From positions 1 through 64,000 of the forward strand of contig CAVSHT010000006.1 of the NCBI GenBank assembly GCA_963727895.1: 64,000 nucleotides of DNA. Direction: 5' to 3'. This stretch comes from an uncultured Methanosarcinaceae archaeon. GTDB taxonomy: Archaea > Halobacteriota > Methanosarcinia > Methanosarcinales > Methanosarcinaceae. This document shows, piece by piece, positions 54,031 to 64,000 of the stretch. Every line of letters begins with the position of its first letter. The stretch's first letter is position 1. The position numbers were made by a program, and so were the translations under genes. The notes under the pieces are model-generated. The model saw only the letters and a list, made by a program, of their open reading frames with translations. It did no database searches and was not told the origin of the DNA.

Positions 54031-54657
54031 GTGAAACCCACGGTGGTGTACACATTGCAAAAAAATTCAGTTGAAGAAAAACACCAGATGGAAACGATTC
54101 TGAAGCAGGTAAAGGATCCCGAGCTGCTTTCACAGATCGAAAAAGTAGTTTCATTTCATGGCTTCCTAACCTCTGGGGCATTAATAGGTATTCAGATGCT
54201 CAATATTGCACGTAGAGAGCTCGATGTCAAGGATGGGGAGCGTATATATGTTACATGTGAAACGAAAAGCTGTATGCCTGACCCATTCCAGATACTTGCC
54301 GGAGCTACCATTGGAAACAGTGGGTTGAAAATACTGGATCTGGGGAAAATGGCGGTCACGGTAAACAAACAGGCACCTGAAGGAGCTAAAAACCTAAAAG
54401 GGATCCGAATTCTTCTCGACCCTGATAAGACGAAGGATTACCCGAAACTCCATGCCTGGTTCCTGAACACTGAAAAACTTCCTCATGTAGAGATTGTACC
54501 AATTCTTTTGGATGCAGGAGATAAAGTGTATTCTTGGAAATTTGTGGACCTTGAGGTTCCGGTTCGACAGAATAAGAGAATACAGTGCTGTAAAAAATGT
54601 GGTGAAATGTTTGTCCAACATGATAATGAGCTGCTGTGCGGCAGTTGTACAGAATAA
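54031..54657 (+). CDS. fmdE: Formylmethanofuran dehydrogenase subunit E (start possibly ATG 54088)
   Basis: FHG, ETKSCMPD.FQ, C-terminal CxxCGE zinc finger. Confidence 0.92.
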   Translation: MKPTVVYTLQKNSVEEKHQMETILKQVKDPELLSQIEKVVSFHGFLTSGALIGIQMLNIARRELDVKDGERIYVTCETKSCMPDPFQILAGATIGNSGLKILDLGKMAVTVNKQAPEGAKNLKGIRILLDPDKTKDYPKLHAWFLNTEKLPHVEIVPILLDAGDKVYSWKFVDLEVPVRQNKRIQCCKKCGEMFVQHDNELLCGSCTE

Positions 54658-54675
54658 CGTTGAGAGGTAAGCAAA

Positions 54676-55716
54676 ATGCAAGAAGATATGCGATTATTTG
54701 TCTTTTCCGAAAAAAAAGACAAGCAGCTGATCTATTCTCCTGAAAAATGCATTGGCTGTGGCACCTGCGTCCAGGCATGCCCTAAAGGCATCTTGGCAGT
54801 TGGAGCTGTTGGAGCTATAACAAGAGGTTTGCTAGATGCGGATTTCTTGGAAATGAAGAAAAGTGAATCCTGCCTTGTCTGTGGAATTTGTGCGAAAGTT
54901 TGTCCCACAGGCGCTCTTGAATTGAGGCAGGAAGGAAAATCCATCACTGACATGTCCTATCTTTTTGGGGCTATGAAGCCAACGTCAGTAAATGAAAGTT
55001 GCGTCCACTGCGGTCTATGTGAAGATATCTGTCCTAGAGGGTGCATTGAAGTAACCCGTGAAATCTCAGCGGATGGGCACCTCAAGCTGGTTGGAAAGAC
55101 AAATATTGATACCGAATGTTGTATCCACTGCGGCTGGTGTGCTGCAGTTTGTCCAGTGAATGCTATTTCTGTAGAAAAACCTTTCGAGGGGCGCTGGACC
55201 AGAGATGAAAATGTCTGCCAGACCTGCCATACCTGTGTAGAAGTCTGTCCTGCAAACGCTATTTTTAATAAAAAAGCTAAACCTGGAGAAAGAGTCGAAA
55301 AGATAAGTCACCGCCCAGATGCCTGCATTTACTGTGGAGCCTGTGCAGTTGCTTGTCCAGTTAATGCTATTGATGTCAGAAAAACTGCAATTCTTCCTAA
55401 TGTGGAGAAAAAGGGCATTCTTGAAAAAAAGTTACTTGAAGCCCCTGTTCCGGAAGCTAAGCTCCGTACATGCCTGGAAACCGATGAAGCTGAATGTCTG
55501 GGCTGCGGAAACTGTGTAATTGTCTGTCCGGTGAATGCCTTTTCTGACATTGAACTTGCAGCTGGACACCTGAACAACATGGACGAAAAAGCTCTTATTG
55601 GAGTTAAAAACGGGAGAATTTCAGTCATAGATCAGGACCTCTGTGGAGCAGATGGGGCCTGCGCCATGATCTGTCCGGTTGATGCTATCAGGCTTGTAAA
55701 AAGAGAGGTGGAATAA
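54676..55716 (+). CDS. fmdF: Formylmethanofuran dehydrogenase polyferredoxin subunit F
   Basis: Eight CxxCxxCxxxCP-type motifs (the last one atypical). Confidence 0.95.
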   Translation: MQEDMRLFVFSEKKDKQLIYSPEKCIGCGTCVQACPKGILAVGAVGAITRGLLDADFLEMKKSESCLVCGICAKVCPTGALELRQEGKSITDMSYLFGAMKPTSVNESCVHCGLCEDICPRGCIEVTREISADGHLKLVGKTNIDTECCIHCGWCAAVCPVNAISVEKPFEGRWTRDENVCQTCHTCVEVCPANAIFNKKAKPGERVEKISHRPDACIYCGACAVACPVNAIDVRKTAILPNVEKKGILEKKLLEAPVPEAKLRTCLETDEAECLGCGNCVIVCPVNAFSDIELAAGHLNNMDEKALIGVKNGRISVIDQDLCGADGACAMICPVDAIRLVKREVE

Positions 55717-57470
55717 TGGCAGGAACAATTGCAATTAAGAATGGATACGTCTTTGATCCCCTAAATGAGATAAATGGGGAAATTCTGGATATCTTCATCA
55801 AAGATGGAAAAGTTGTAAGGGAGCTTTCTGCAGCCGAACTAAAAGAAGCAAAGGTCATTGACGTCTCTGGTATGACGGTAATGCCTGGAGGAGTTGACTC
55901 TCACTCTCATGTTGCAGGAGCAAAGGTTAATGCCGGTAGGTCGATGCGTCCAGAAGACCATTATAAAGCAAATCTTCAAAAGACTTCACTTACTCATTCA
56001 GGCTCAGGTTACACCGTTCCTTCAGTCTACAAACAGGGATACGATTATGCAACTATGGGTTACACAACTGTCTTTGAAGCTGCAATTCCGCCTCTTGAAG
56101 CTCGCCACACTCATGAAGAAATGCGAGCAACTCCGCTTCTTGACATGGGCGGGTATCTGATACTTGGAAACAACTTCTTTTTGATGCGTTACCTCCACAA
56201 TGGAGACATAGAAAAAGCTGCGGCTTATGTAGCCTGGATGATGAAAACTCACAAAGCTTATGGAATTAAATGTGTCAATCCTGCAGGAGTCGAGAACTGG
56301 GGTTGGGGTAAAAACATCCACTCTCTTGATGAAGCCAACATCCATTTCGAAGTTACTCCGCGAGAAATAATAAAAGGGCTTAGTGAGATCAATGAAAGTC
56401 TCGGCATGCCTATACCTCTTCACCTGCATGCAAATAACCTTGGACATCCTGGTTGCTGTGGAATTACTAAAGATTCTCTCCAAATCCTCGACGGTATAAA
56501 GCCCAAGCAGAAAATGGGTGTTGAATGGGCTGAAACCAAAGTGGATCCTTTAAGGGAACGTTCTGTATACCTTGCCCACCTGATGTTCAATAGTTTTGCG
56601 GGCACTACCTGGGGAGACTGTGAATCCGGAGTAAAAGGTATTGCAGAATACATTAACAACAAAGACCATGTGGTAATCGACAGTGGATGCACGCCTTTCG
56701 GAGAAGCCACAGTTATGACAGGAGATGGACCTGCCATTCAGGATATGTACAAGCTTACCGGAAACAAATGGTCGAATACCGATGTTGAAATGGAAGGTGG
56801 GTCAGGAGTCATTCCTTTTACTTATCTCAAGTCTAACCCTGTACACAGTTTGCAGTGGGCAATGGGACTTGAATGTCTTCTACTTATTAATGATCCATGG
56901 AAGACAATTCTGACTACGGACAGTCCTAATGGTGGGCCATTTACTAAATATCCAGAGGTTATGACCTGGGTTATGTCCGAAGCTTTCAGGAAACAGACAT
57001 TCAGTGAATGTCATAAGTGGGCAAACGACAGGAGTGAACTCGGATGTCTAAACCGGGAGCTTTCTCTATATGACCTGGCGATCCTAACCAGAGCCAACCC
57101 TACCAAAACAATTGGTATGGCTCACAGGAAAGGTTCTCTTGGTGTGGGTGCAGACGGAGATGTTACAGTCTATAATCTAAATCCACAGCAGCTTGACACA
57201 AACAACTATGAGGCCCTACTTCAGGCTTTCAGAAAGGCAGAATACACCGTAAAGGGTGGAGAAATCGTGTCCGTTCAAGGAGAAATCGTTTCCTTACCTG
57301 GAAAGCGGACTTACTATTCCGAAGTACATGTAGAAAACGAGCGGGAAAAGGAAATGCTGGCTGATGTGAAAGAGTGGTTCAGGTACTATACCCTGGGCTT
57401 TGCCAACTATCCAACTCCAGAAAAGTATCTGGAAAATCCGACTCCCATACAGGTTAATGTTGAGAGGTGA
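55716..57470 (+). CDS. fmdA: Formylmethanofuran dehydrogenase subunit A
   Basis: DSHSHVAG.KVN, KCVNP, HLHANNLG, TTDSPNGGPF. Confidence 0.97.
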   Translation: MAGTIAIKNGYVFDPLNEINGEILDIFIKDGKVVRELSAAELKEAKVIDVSGMTVMPGGVDSHSHVAGAKVNAGRSMRPEDHYKANLQKTSLTHSGSGYTVPSVYKQGYDYATMGYTTVFEAAIPPLEARHTHEEMRATPLLDMGGYLILGNNFFLMRYLHNGDIEKAAAYVAWMMKTHKAYGIKCVNPAGVENWGWGKNIHSLDEANIHFEVTPREIIKGLSEINESLGMPIPLHLHANNLGHPGCCGITKDSLQILDGIKPKQKMGVEWAETKVDPLRERSVYLAHLMFNSFAGTTWGDCESGVKGIAEYINNKDHVVIDSGCTPFGEATVMTGDGPAIQDMYKLTGNKWSNTDVEMEGGSGVIPFTYLKSNPVHSLQWAMGLECLLLINDPWKTILTTDSPNGGPFTKYPEVMTWVMSEAFRKQTFSECHKWANDRSELGCLNRELSLYDLAILTRANPTKTIGMAHRKGSLGVGADGDVTVYNLNPQQLDTNNYEALLQAFRKAEYTVKGGEIVSVQGEIVSLPGKRTYYSEVHVENEREKEMLADVKEWFRYYTLGFANYPTPEKYLENPTPIQVNVER

Positions 57471-57474
57471 GATA

Positions 57475-58380
57475 ATGACAGAGGGAGTTCTTATTGATAA
57501 AAACAAAAACGACAGCAAGCTCGAAGCAGTTATAAAACCTGAATCATTCACTGGAAAAGTTTCTGGTGAAATGGCAGAAGTAATGCTTATTCCTAAAAAA
57601 GAGATTGACATTAAACTGGAAGCAGACGTTATAACTCCTGATTCTTTTGCAGGTAAAAGTGCAGAGGAAATAGGAAATCTGTCCATCTGGCAGGGACCAA
57701 AGACCTATCCAATTTCTGACTTTTTTGAAGTAATAGGTAATGGAGGTAGCACTGCAGCTGAAACCTTAATCCGCATAAAAGGTGATTCAACGAGGATTAA
57801 AAGGATCGGTGAAGGCATGAGCGCGGGAAAGATTGAAATTGAAGGTTCTGCTGGCATGCACGTAGGTACCGGTATGAAGGGAGGAGATCTCGTCGTTTAT
57901 GGAGATGCAGATTCATGGGCTGGTATGGAAATGATTGGAGGTCTTCTTCACATTAAAGGTAATGCTGGAGATCACGTGGGCTGCGCTTACAGAGGTAAAT
58001 GGCACGGCATGAAAGGTGGACGCATTGTTGTCGAAGGTTCGGCACGTCACCAGCTTGGAGGCGGCATGGACGGTGGTGAAATTCTTGTAGAAGGCAATGT
58101 TGAAAGCTTCTGTGGAATTCGCCAGAACGGTGGGCTCATCTTCGTAAAAGGCAATGCTCTTCGTGGAGTCGGTGCTGAAATGGCTGGAGGCACCATAGTT
58201 GTTGGGGGTAAAATAGAGCGCTTCTCCCCAGGTTTTGAGTTCGTGTCTATGGAAAATAGTGTCAAATCTGGTGAAGTTGAATTTATAGGCGAATTCAAGA
58301 AATTCACAGGGGATTATGCGATCAGCAAGCGAGCAAAAGGAGCGCTTTACGTGGTTGCAGATACAAACCCGGAACTCTGA
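57475..58380 (+). CDS. fmdC: Formylmethanofuran dehydrogenase subunit C
   Basis: GXGXG beta-helix repeats; LEADVITPD, AYRGKWHGM. Confidence 0.96.
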   Translation: MTEGVLIDKNKNDSKLEAVIKPESFTGKVSGEMAEVMLIPKKEIDIKLEADVITPDSFAGKSAEEIGNLSIWQGPKTYPISDFFEVIGNGGSTAAETLIRIKGDSTRIKRIGEGMSAGKIEIEGSAGMHVGTGMKGGDLVVYGDADSWAGMEMIGGLLHIKGNAGDHVGCAYRGKWHGMKGGRIVVEGSARHQLGGGMDGGEILVEGNVESFCGIRQNGGLIFVKGNALRGVGAEMAGGTIVVGGKIERFSPGFEFVSMENSVKSGEVEFIGEFKKFTGDYAISKRAKGALYVVADTNPEL

Positions 58381-58390
58381 GGTGAGAAGT

Positions 58391-58780
58391 ATGGAAGTAG
58401 TACTCATTAGTGGAAGTACAATTGATGAAGGCAGGCTTGCTAAAGGAGGGGATAAATTTACAGACGATTACACTATGGAGTGTGCATCGTGCTGGATTTC
58501 TCCTGTAGATTTTGCATCACTTTGTTCTCCTGCTAAAGTAAAAGTAACAAGCCGGAATGGAAAACATTCAATCGTAGTTTATACAAAATGTACTGATGCA
58601 GTCCAACCAGGGCAGGTGTTTATGCCAAGGGCTATCTGGTCAAATGTTATTGTTGATCCTGATACCCTTTCTACGGGTTCTCCCCTCTATAAAGGCGCTC
58701 CAGTAACAATTGAACCCAGTGAAGGAGAGGTTCTTAGCGCCGAAGATGTAGTATTGAAAATTTATATCGGAGGGCAGTGA
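58391..58780 (+). CDS. fmdD: Formylmethanofuran dehydrogenase subunit D
   Basis: LISGSTIDEG...KGG, FMPRAIWSN, GSPLYKG. Confidence 0.95.
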   Translation: MEVVLISGSTIDEGRLAKGGDKFTDDYTMECASCWISPVDFASLCSPAKVKVTSRNGKHSIVVYTKCTDAVQPGQVFMPRAIWSNVIVDPDTLSTGSPLYKGAPVTIEPSEGEVLSAEDVVLKIYIGGQ

Positions 58781-60084
58781 GTATGATTTACAAAAACATA
58801 GTTTGTCCGGTCTGTGGGGCAGCTTGTGATGACATCCAGGTTGAATTCGGAGATGGGAAGATTGAAGCCAAAAACGCGTGCAAGATGGGGAATGCAAAAT
58901 TTAAGGAAGTTGTAAGTTCCCATAGGCTCAGGCAGCCTCTTATTAAGAGCGAAGGAAAACTGGCCCCTGCAGACTGGGATGAAGCTCTTGAAAGAACAGC
59001 CGATATACTTGTTTCAGCAAAACGTCCCCTGCTTTTTATGGGCAGCGAAACCTCCTGTGAAGCACATGAAATAGGGCTTAAGATCGGGGAATATCTGGGA
59101 GCAATTGTTGACTCTAATGCTACTATCTGCCACGGACCAACCGCTATGGGAATCCAGGAATCTGGAAAAGTCGGTGCAACTGAAGGGCAGAAGAAAAACA
59201 GAGCCGATCTTTTAATTTATTGGGGTACCAATCCTCTTGAATCCATGCCGAGACAGATGTCAAGATACGCTGTTTTCCCGAGAGGTTACTGGACAAAGCG
59301 CGGACGTTTCGACAGGACAGTTATAACTGTAGACCCGCGAAAAACTCCAACTGCTGCAGCTTCTGACCTGCACGTACAGCTCAAGCCAGGCTCGGATTAT
59401 GAACTGATAAGTGCACTTATGACTCTGCTCCATGGGAAAACTCCTCATCCATCTGTAGAGGAGATCACAGGAGTTCCAATTCCTGTTATGGAGGAGATGC
59501 TCAATATGATGAAGAACTGTACATTTGGAGCTATCTCAGTGGGGCTTGGACTTTCCTCATCTATAGGGAAACACAGGAATGCTGAAATTGCCATGAATTT
59601 CGTAAAGGAAATGAACAATTACTCCAAGTTCACCCTTGGAGCGCTCCGTGGTCACTGTAATGTGGCAGGTTTTAACCAGGTCGCTTCCTATATGTACGGT
59701 TACCCCTTTGGGCTTGACTTCACACGCGGGCATCCGCGTTATAATCCTGGAGAATTTACAACTGTTGATGTACTGCGAGAAAAGGATGTGGATGCAGCTT
59801 TTGTAATGTGTGCTGACCTTGTATGCCATATCCCTGCAGATTGCGCCTCTTACCTTGCTGAAATTCCGATGGCCTGCCTGGACATTGCTCCATGCCCGAC
59901 AACAGCAGCTTCAGATATTGTACTTCCTGGAGTAATTGACGCCATGGAATGCGACGGAACCTTCTACAGGCTCGATGACGTGGCTGTACACTTTGAACCG
60001 TTTACGAATTCTCCTTTCGAGTTCACAAAGAGCAACGAAGATACTCTGAAGCAGCTTTTTGAGAAAATAAAAGCAAGGAAATAA
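58777..60084 (+). CDS. fmdB: Formylmethanofuran dehydrogenase subunit B (Cys ligand)
   Basis: CPVCGAACDD, ICHGP, RGHCNVAG, RYNPGE. Confidence 0.97.
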   Translation: MSMIYKNIVCPVCGAACDDIQVEFGDGKIEAKNACKMGNAKFKEVVSSHRLRQPLIKSEGKLAPADWDEALERTADILVSAKRPLLFMGSETSCEAHEIGLKIGEYLGAIVDSNATICHGPTAMGIQESGKVGATEGQKKNRADLLIYWGTNPLESMPRQMSRYAVFPRGYWTKRGRFDRTVITVDPRKTPTAAASDLHVQLKPGSDYELISALMTLLHGKTPHPSVEEITGVPIPVMEEMLNMMKNCTFGAISVGLGLSSSIGKHRNAEIAMNFVKEMNNYSKFTLGALRGHCNVAGFNQVASYMYGYPFGLDFTRGHPRYNPGEFTTVDVLREKDVDAAFVMCADLVCHIPADCASYLAEIPMACLDIAPCPTTAASDIVLPGVIDAMECDGTFYRLDDVAVHFEPFTNSPFEFTKSNEDTLKQLFEKIKARK

Positions 60085-60233
60085 ATCTTTCAGGTTTTTT
60101 TCCTTTATACACTACGATGAAAAACAATATTCAAAAGAGAGAATAATTTCTCTCTAACTCTTTTTCTCAAAAATTGACGGTGGCAACTTTTAATATTTTG
60201 ATTTTTTAATACTTTTCTTAGCTCCTGCACTCT

Positions 60234-60962
60234 TTAAGTCTGAGCTATTATTACATGATACTTGTATTCGTAATACATTGACTGCACAAAAGTAGTTTCA
60301 AAGCCGTATTTAGCTGCTATATTCCTAATTTTATTCGGATTGTGGGCAAACCCAAGAATATCTCTTGGACGATTATTCAAGCTGGCAGCTGCTATAACTT
60401 TACACTCAAAACCGATTTTTTGTATAATTTTCCAGAAATTTGCATCTTGTGAGAACAGTCCTATTTTCCATAATGGATATAGTCGGGGATCCAGTATGTC
60501 AAACAATACTATTCTCCCTTTGTTATTCAGATACTTTGATGCATTAAATATAAAATTGTCAATTTCTTGCAATGTCAAATACTGCATCACTCCAGCTGCA
60601 GTTATTCGATCATAGGAAGATTCCAGCTTGTTCCAGATAGTTTTGTCATCAGCCTGGATTAACAATATATTCTCATATTTTTTTTCCCTGATTTTTTTGC
60701 TTGCTTCGTCAAGCATGGATGCGGAAAAATCAACTCCTATAAGCTGTTCATATTCTGGAGCATAGTAAGTAAGGAGTTCGCCGGCACCGCATCCAAAGTC
60801 AAGCAGTGTTTTGCCGCCGTCTAGATGGAATAGCTTTTCCCTAGCTTCCATGGAAATAAATTCCTCAGATGAAGATCTGTGACCACCGTCTCTCCTACCT
60901 GTGAAAAACTCTATCCAGAAATCCTTTTTATCAGATAGCTTTTTCTCTTTATCCCCCAACAT
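60234..60962 (-). CDS. Class I SAM-dependent methyltransferase
   Basis: LLDFGCGAG, GVDFSASML. Confidence 0.9.
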   Translation of the reverse strand: MLGDKEKKLSDKKDFWIEFFTGRRDGGHRSSSEEFISMEAREKLFHLDGGKTLLDFGCGAGELLTYYAPEYEQLIGVDFSASMLDEASKKIREKKYENILLIQADDKTIWNKLESSYDRITAAGVMQYLTLQEIDNFIFNASKYLNNKGRIVLFDILDPRLYPLWKIGLFSQDANFWKIIQKIGFECKVIAAASLNNRPRDILGFAHNPNKIRNIAAKYGFETTFVQSMYYEYKYHVIIAQT

Positions 60963-61180
60963 ATTGTTTATACTCCCAGATATTCCTTTTTATAAATCTC
61001 TTATTATAATATCCCCCAAATGATTTATAATTTATAGGCTTATAAAGATTATTCTATAGCTTGAATAAAATCTTATTTTTCTTCCCAAAAACAGTATTTT
61101 AATTGTTATTTTGCTATTTTAACAGTTTATGAACATTAATTCTTATTTTTATGACTTCTATTCCTATTATATATTTATTT

Positions 61181-61920
61181 GGCATTGTTATCTAAACATA
61201 GTTAACTCTTTATTTCTTTATTTCATCAATATAATAACCGAGTACTTTAGCATTTCAAGACTTTTTGTATAACACTTTGTCTTTCTTCTCAATCTTGCCA
61301 GGAAATGCCTCAATATGCTGTTATATCCCTCAACTGTAAATGTTTCTGCTTTGGATTGAGTATGGATCTTTTCTGGAATAAACTCTGCATATGCCCTCCA
61401 GTGATCTGTCATCACTTCTCCAATCTCTTTTTTCTTCAATTTTTCCCAGAGTAGTTTTCCAGTTTCTGTTCCTCTGCTACCAAAAGAGCAGTTGATAAAC
61501 TTTTTCCCAACTCTATCAACAGCAATCCAGATCCAGCAATATTTTTTTTGTTACCGATGTAAGTGTGCATCTCATCCATTTCAACAATAGATATCTCACT
61601 TTCACTTTTTAGGTCCTCTAACTCCTGACCAAATTTCTTTATCCATCTTTGGATAGAAACATGACTCACCCCTAAAACTCTTCCTATTGAACGAAAGCCC
61701 AATACTTCAAGGTAAAGTTGTAAAGCCTGTCTTTTTACAGAGGCGGAAAAAGCAGTTGATTTTAGCTCTACTGTATAGTTATATCCACAATCATGGCATT
61801 TGTAGCGTTGACGCCCGCCAACTATACCGTTCTTTTTGTGACTGGAACTATTGCATCTGGGGCAGTTCATGAAGAAATATACTTTCTAATAGTATATAAC
61901 TATGTTTAAGTATCAATGCC
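61181..61920 (-). mobile_element. IS1-family element (740 bp)
   Basis: TIRs GGCATTG(T/A)TA; insA 61870 onward, A8 slippery run, insB ending at a slightly early TAA (61218). Confidence 0.93.
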
Positions 61921-62090
61921 ATTTGCATTTATATCTTCATTAACCGGTTAAATATTAATTTAACCAGAAAATAGGCTGTATTCTTTTGAATGTCCTTTAT
62001 TTATCTTAATTTATTAAAAAAAGAGAAATAAACTTTAATTTGATAGTGTGTTTAAAAGAACTTAGTTAAACTTATTTTTAAAATGTTATT

Positions 62091-62541
62091 TCATTTTTTC
62101 AAAGTTCCTACCACAGGATAACCTTTTAATATTCTATCCCCGTGAGGTGCTTTGTCCATTTTTTCCAGTGAGATCGGTTCCAGCATTACACCCGTTATGA
62201 CTACCATTTTTCCACATATCACTATCTGAAACATTATAGATCTGATCTTGATAGGCAACATATGCTGTCCCATTTTTACCATTATATTTTGCAAATTCTT
62301 CAAGGGTATATTCTTTTATTTTCGATTTTTCGGTCACATTCTGTGTTGCAGTTGTATTCTGTCTTTCAGTTATGTTCTGTATTGCAGTTGCTTTTTCTCC
62401 AGCTGGAGTAACTACCTCAGTCGGAGTTACAGCTTGTTCCGAAGTTCCTGTTTCATTTGGAGTTACCTGTTTATTTCCCGCGCATCCTATTGCGAGAAAT
62501 AAACCTAACAACACTATTAATATAATCAGTGCTTTTCTCAC
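62091..62541 (-). CDS. Lipoprotein with cytochrome b5-like heme/steroid-binding domain (apparent frameshift in A6 run ~62160)
   Basis: Lipobox LAIGC; YTLEEF.KYNG, IYNVS, W..G.H, AGTDLT, then in the next frame APHG..IL..YPVVG. Confidence 0.87.
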
Positions 62542-62832
62542 GGTTTCACTCCCCAGCCTACAATATAGTTATTGTATCCAGAAATGATTTCACAGATTCA
62601 AAACCAGTTGAAAGTTCAATGAACTATAAAAAGCAGGTGATTCAAGAATAAAAGTTGAATAATTTCCAATCGCTTTTTTGCATTATAGATTGTTATGTAA
62701 AATGGAATAAATTCAAAGTTGAAGTAAATGTCAGGCAGTGTCTCAAAAAAAATCTTCTCAATAAGGAAAACGAGATTGGAAACTTACTTAGTTGCTACGC
62801 TTATGAATTAAATTTCTTTGTTTTTTTGTTTC

Positions 62833-63348
62833 TTATTCACTTATTTCTCCCCACATTTCACGTTCTTTTTCATTTTCATATACTTTTTCTATCCACTTCT
62901 CACGAAGCATACTAATCCAGTCCGGATGTTCAACGCCGTCATATTCGAATCCCAAAAACTTGTCTTTGCCAAAATGACTAAACGAAAGTGAAGCTACCTG
63001 TTCAAGTGATAGGTCATTAAGAGGCATTAATCCAAAAATGCCATATGTTGGACGTGTAGCCGGAACAACACCAATTACCGTTTCCTCATCCCCTATGTGA
63101 GTATCCACACCGTAAATACCAATACCTGAGCCATCTTGATAAACTGGATTTGATTTAACAAACGTTTTCGTTAATTCTTTGTTTTCTAATTCTTTTTCTT
63201 TTACTGTATACTGGACAACTGCATATCCAATTAAAATGCGCTTTGTAACATACTCAGAAATTCCATCTATGTTCTCAAAGCCAGTCTTCATCGGAATAGC
63301 ATTAACGGCTCCCCTGACTTCCTTATATAATTGCTCATTATCTACCAT
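62833..63348 (-). CDS. Hypothetical protein
   Basis: 171-aa ORF with GGGAG ribosome-binding site upstream. Confidence 0.65.
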   Translation of the reverse strand: MVDNEQLYKEVRGAVNAIPMKTGFENIDGISEYVTKRILIGYAVVQYTVKEKELENKELTKTFVKSNPVYQDGSGIGIYGVDTHIGDEETVIGVVPATRPTYGIFGLMPLNDLSLEQVASLSFSHFGKDKFLGFEYDGVEHPDWISMLREKWIEKVYENEKEREMWGEISE

Positions 63349-64000
63349 GCTAATAACTCCCCTAGATAAGCGTTAATATTGGCTCTAATTATTATAAGAT
63401 CTTTTTTATTCATAATTGTGAGTACATATCAGTATATTCTCTCATAGAGTTAGCTTTTATGAAATCAGCTCTAATGCGAACTATCTTACTTTAGGATAAA
63501 TAGATCTAGCGAAGTTTCAATAGTTACAGTTTCTTTGTTGATAAAAAATTAGTAATTTAGATCTGTATAATAACTTTTTGATTTTGTGAGCTGCAAATGA
63601 GAGATGTCTGCAGCCTTTTTGGAGATTTGTTCAGAGGCTCCAGCATTTCGATTCGAAGAAAGGTATTTTTTCGAGATGAAACTTTTTTGCGGAAAATGAG
63701 AATTAGTCCCCGGCTTGAGAGTTGTGTGGATCTGGAAATGTTTTTGGAATCGAATCACTGGAAGCCTCTAATTTCTAAATAAAAATAAGTTTATTATATA
63801 TCTATTGGATATATTCTATATATTCAATCTTAGAATACTTAGTTTTCTGAGTAATATTAATTCAGAGTAATCTTAATATCAGCTTATTTTTCATCATGCT
63901 ATTAATTAATCATTTTGTTTTAGGCGATCATTTTTTATATATTCATAAAGAATTCCTTCATGTTACCATGCTGCTCTTTGGACATATTGGTATTACACTT

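Noticed and set aside
58777..60084. Selenocysteine in FmdB
   Set aside because: The ligand codon is TGC (ICHGP); no in-frame TGA.
63549..63782. Short overlapping ORFs on both strands
   Set aside because: No motifs or clear start signals.

Overview
AT-rich archaeal DNA, almost certainly Methanosarcina (mtrEDCBAFGH, fmdEFACDB, archease-rtcB, rnp4, srp19, COG1361/RND locus). Core content: the Mtr methyltransferase operon, the Mo formylmethanofuran dehydrogenase operon with Mo-related genes (modE, mop, orphan modA) and a ModE-type palindrome, RNA-processing genes, tRNA-Thr(UGU), a RavA/ViaA-like pair and transporters. Accessory content: a decayed hsdS, an IS6 with intact TIRs and TSD splitting a gene, four IS1 copies, several MITE-like elements, and a four-level nest (IS1 < IS110 < IS21 < IS1). 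The most striking signal is in the IS110 5' non-coding region. It folds like a bridge RNA; its two loop guides match both strands of the reconstructed insertion site inside IS1 insA, and its second loop matches the element's own right end. Also notable: an MtrE with apparently altered conserved motifs, an in-frame UAG gene (pyrrolysine read-through candidate), and a full-length decayed tRNA duplicate bracketing an acyltransferase. Many 1-nt frameshifts in core genes are probably sequencing errors. All calls come from manual reading; no searches or folding programs were run.
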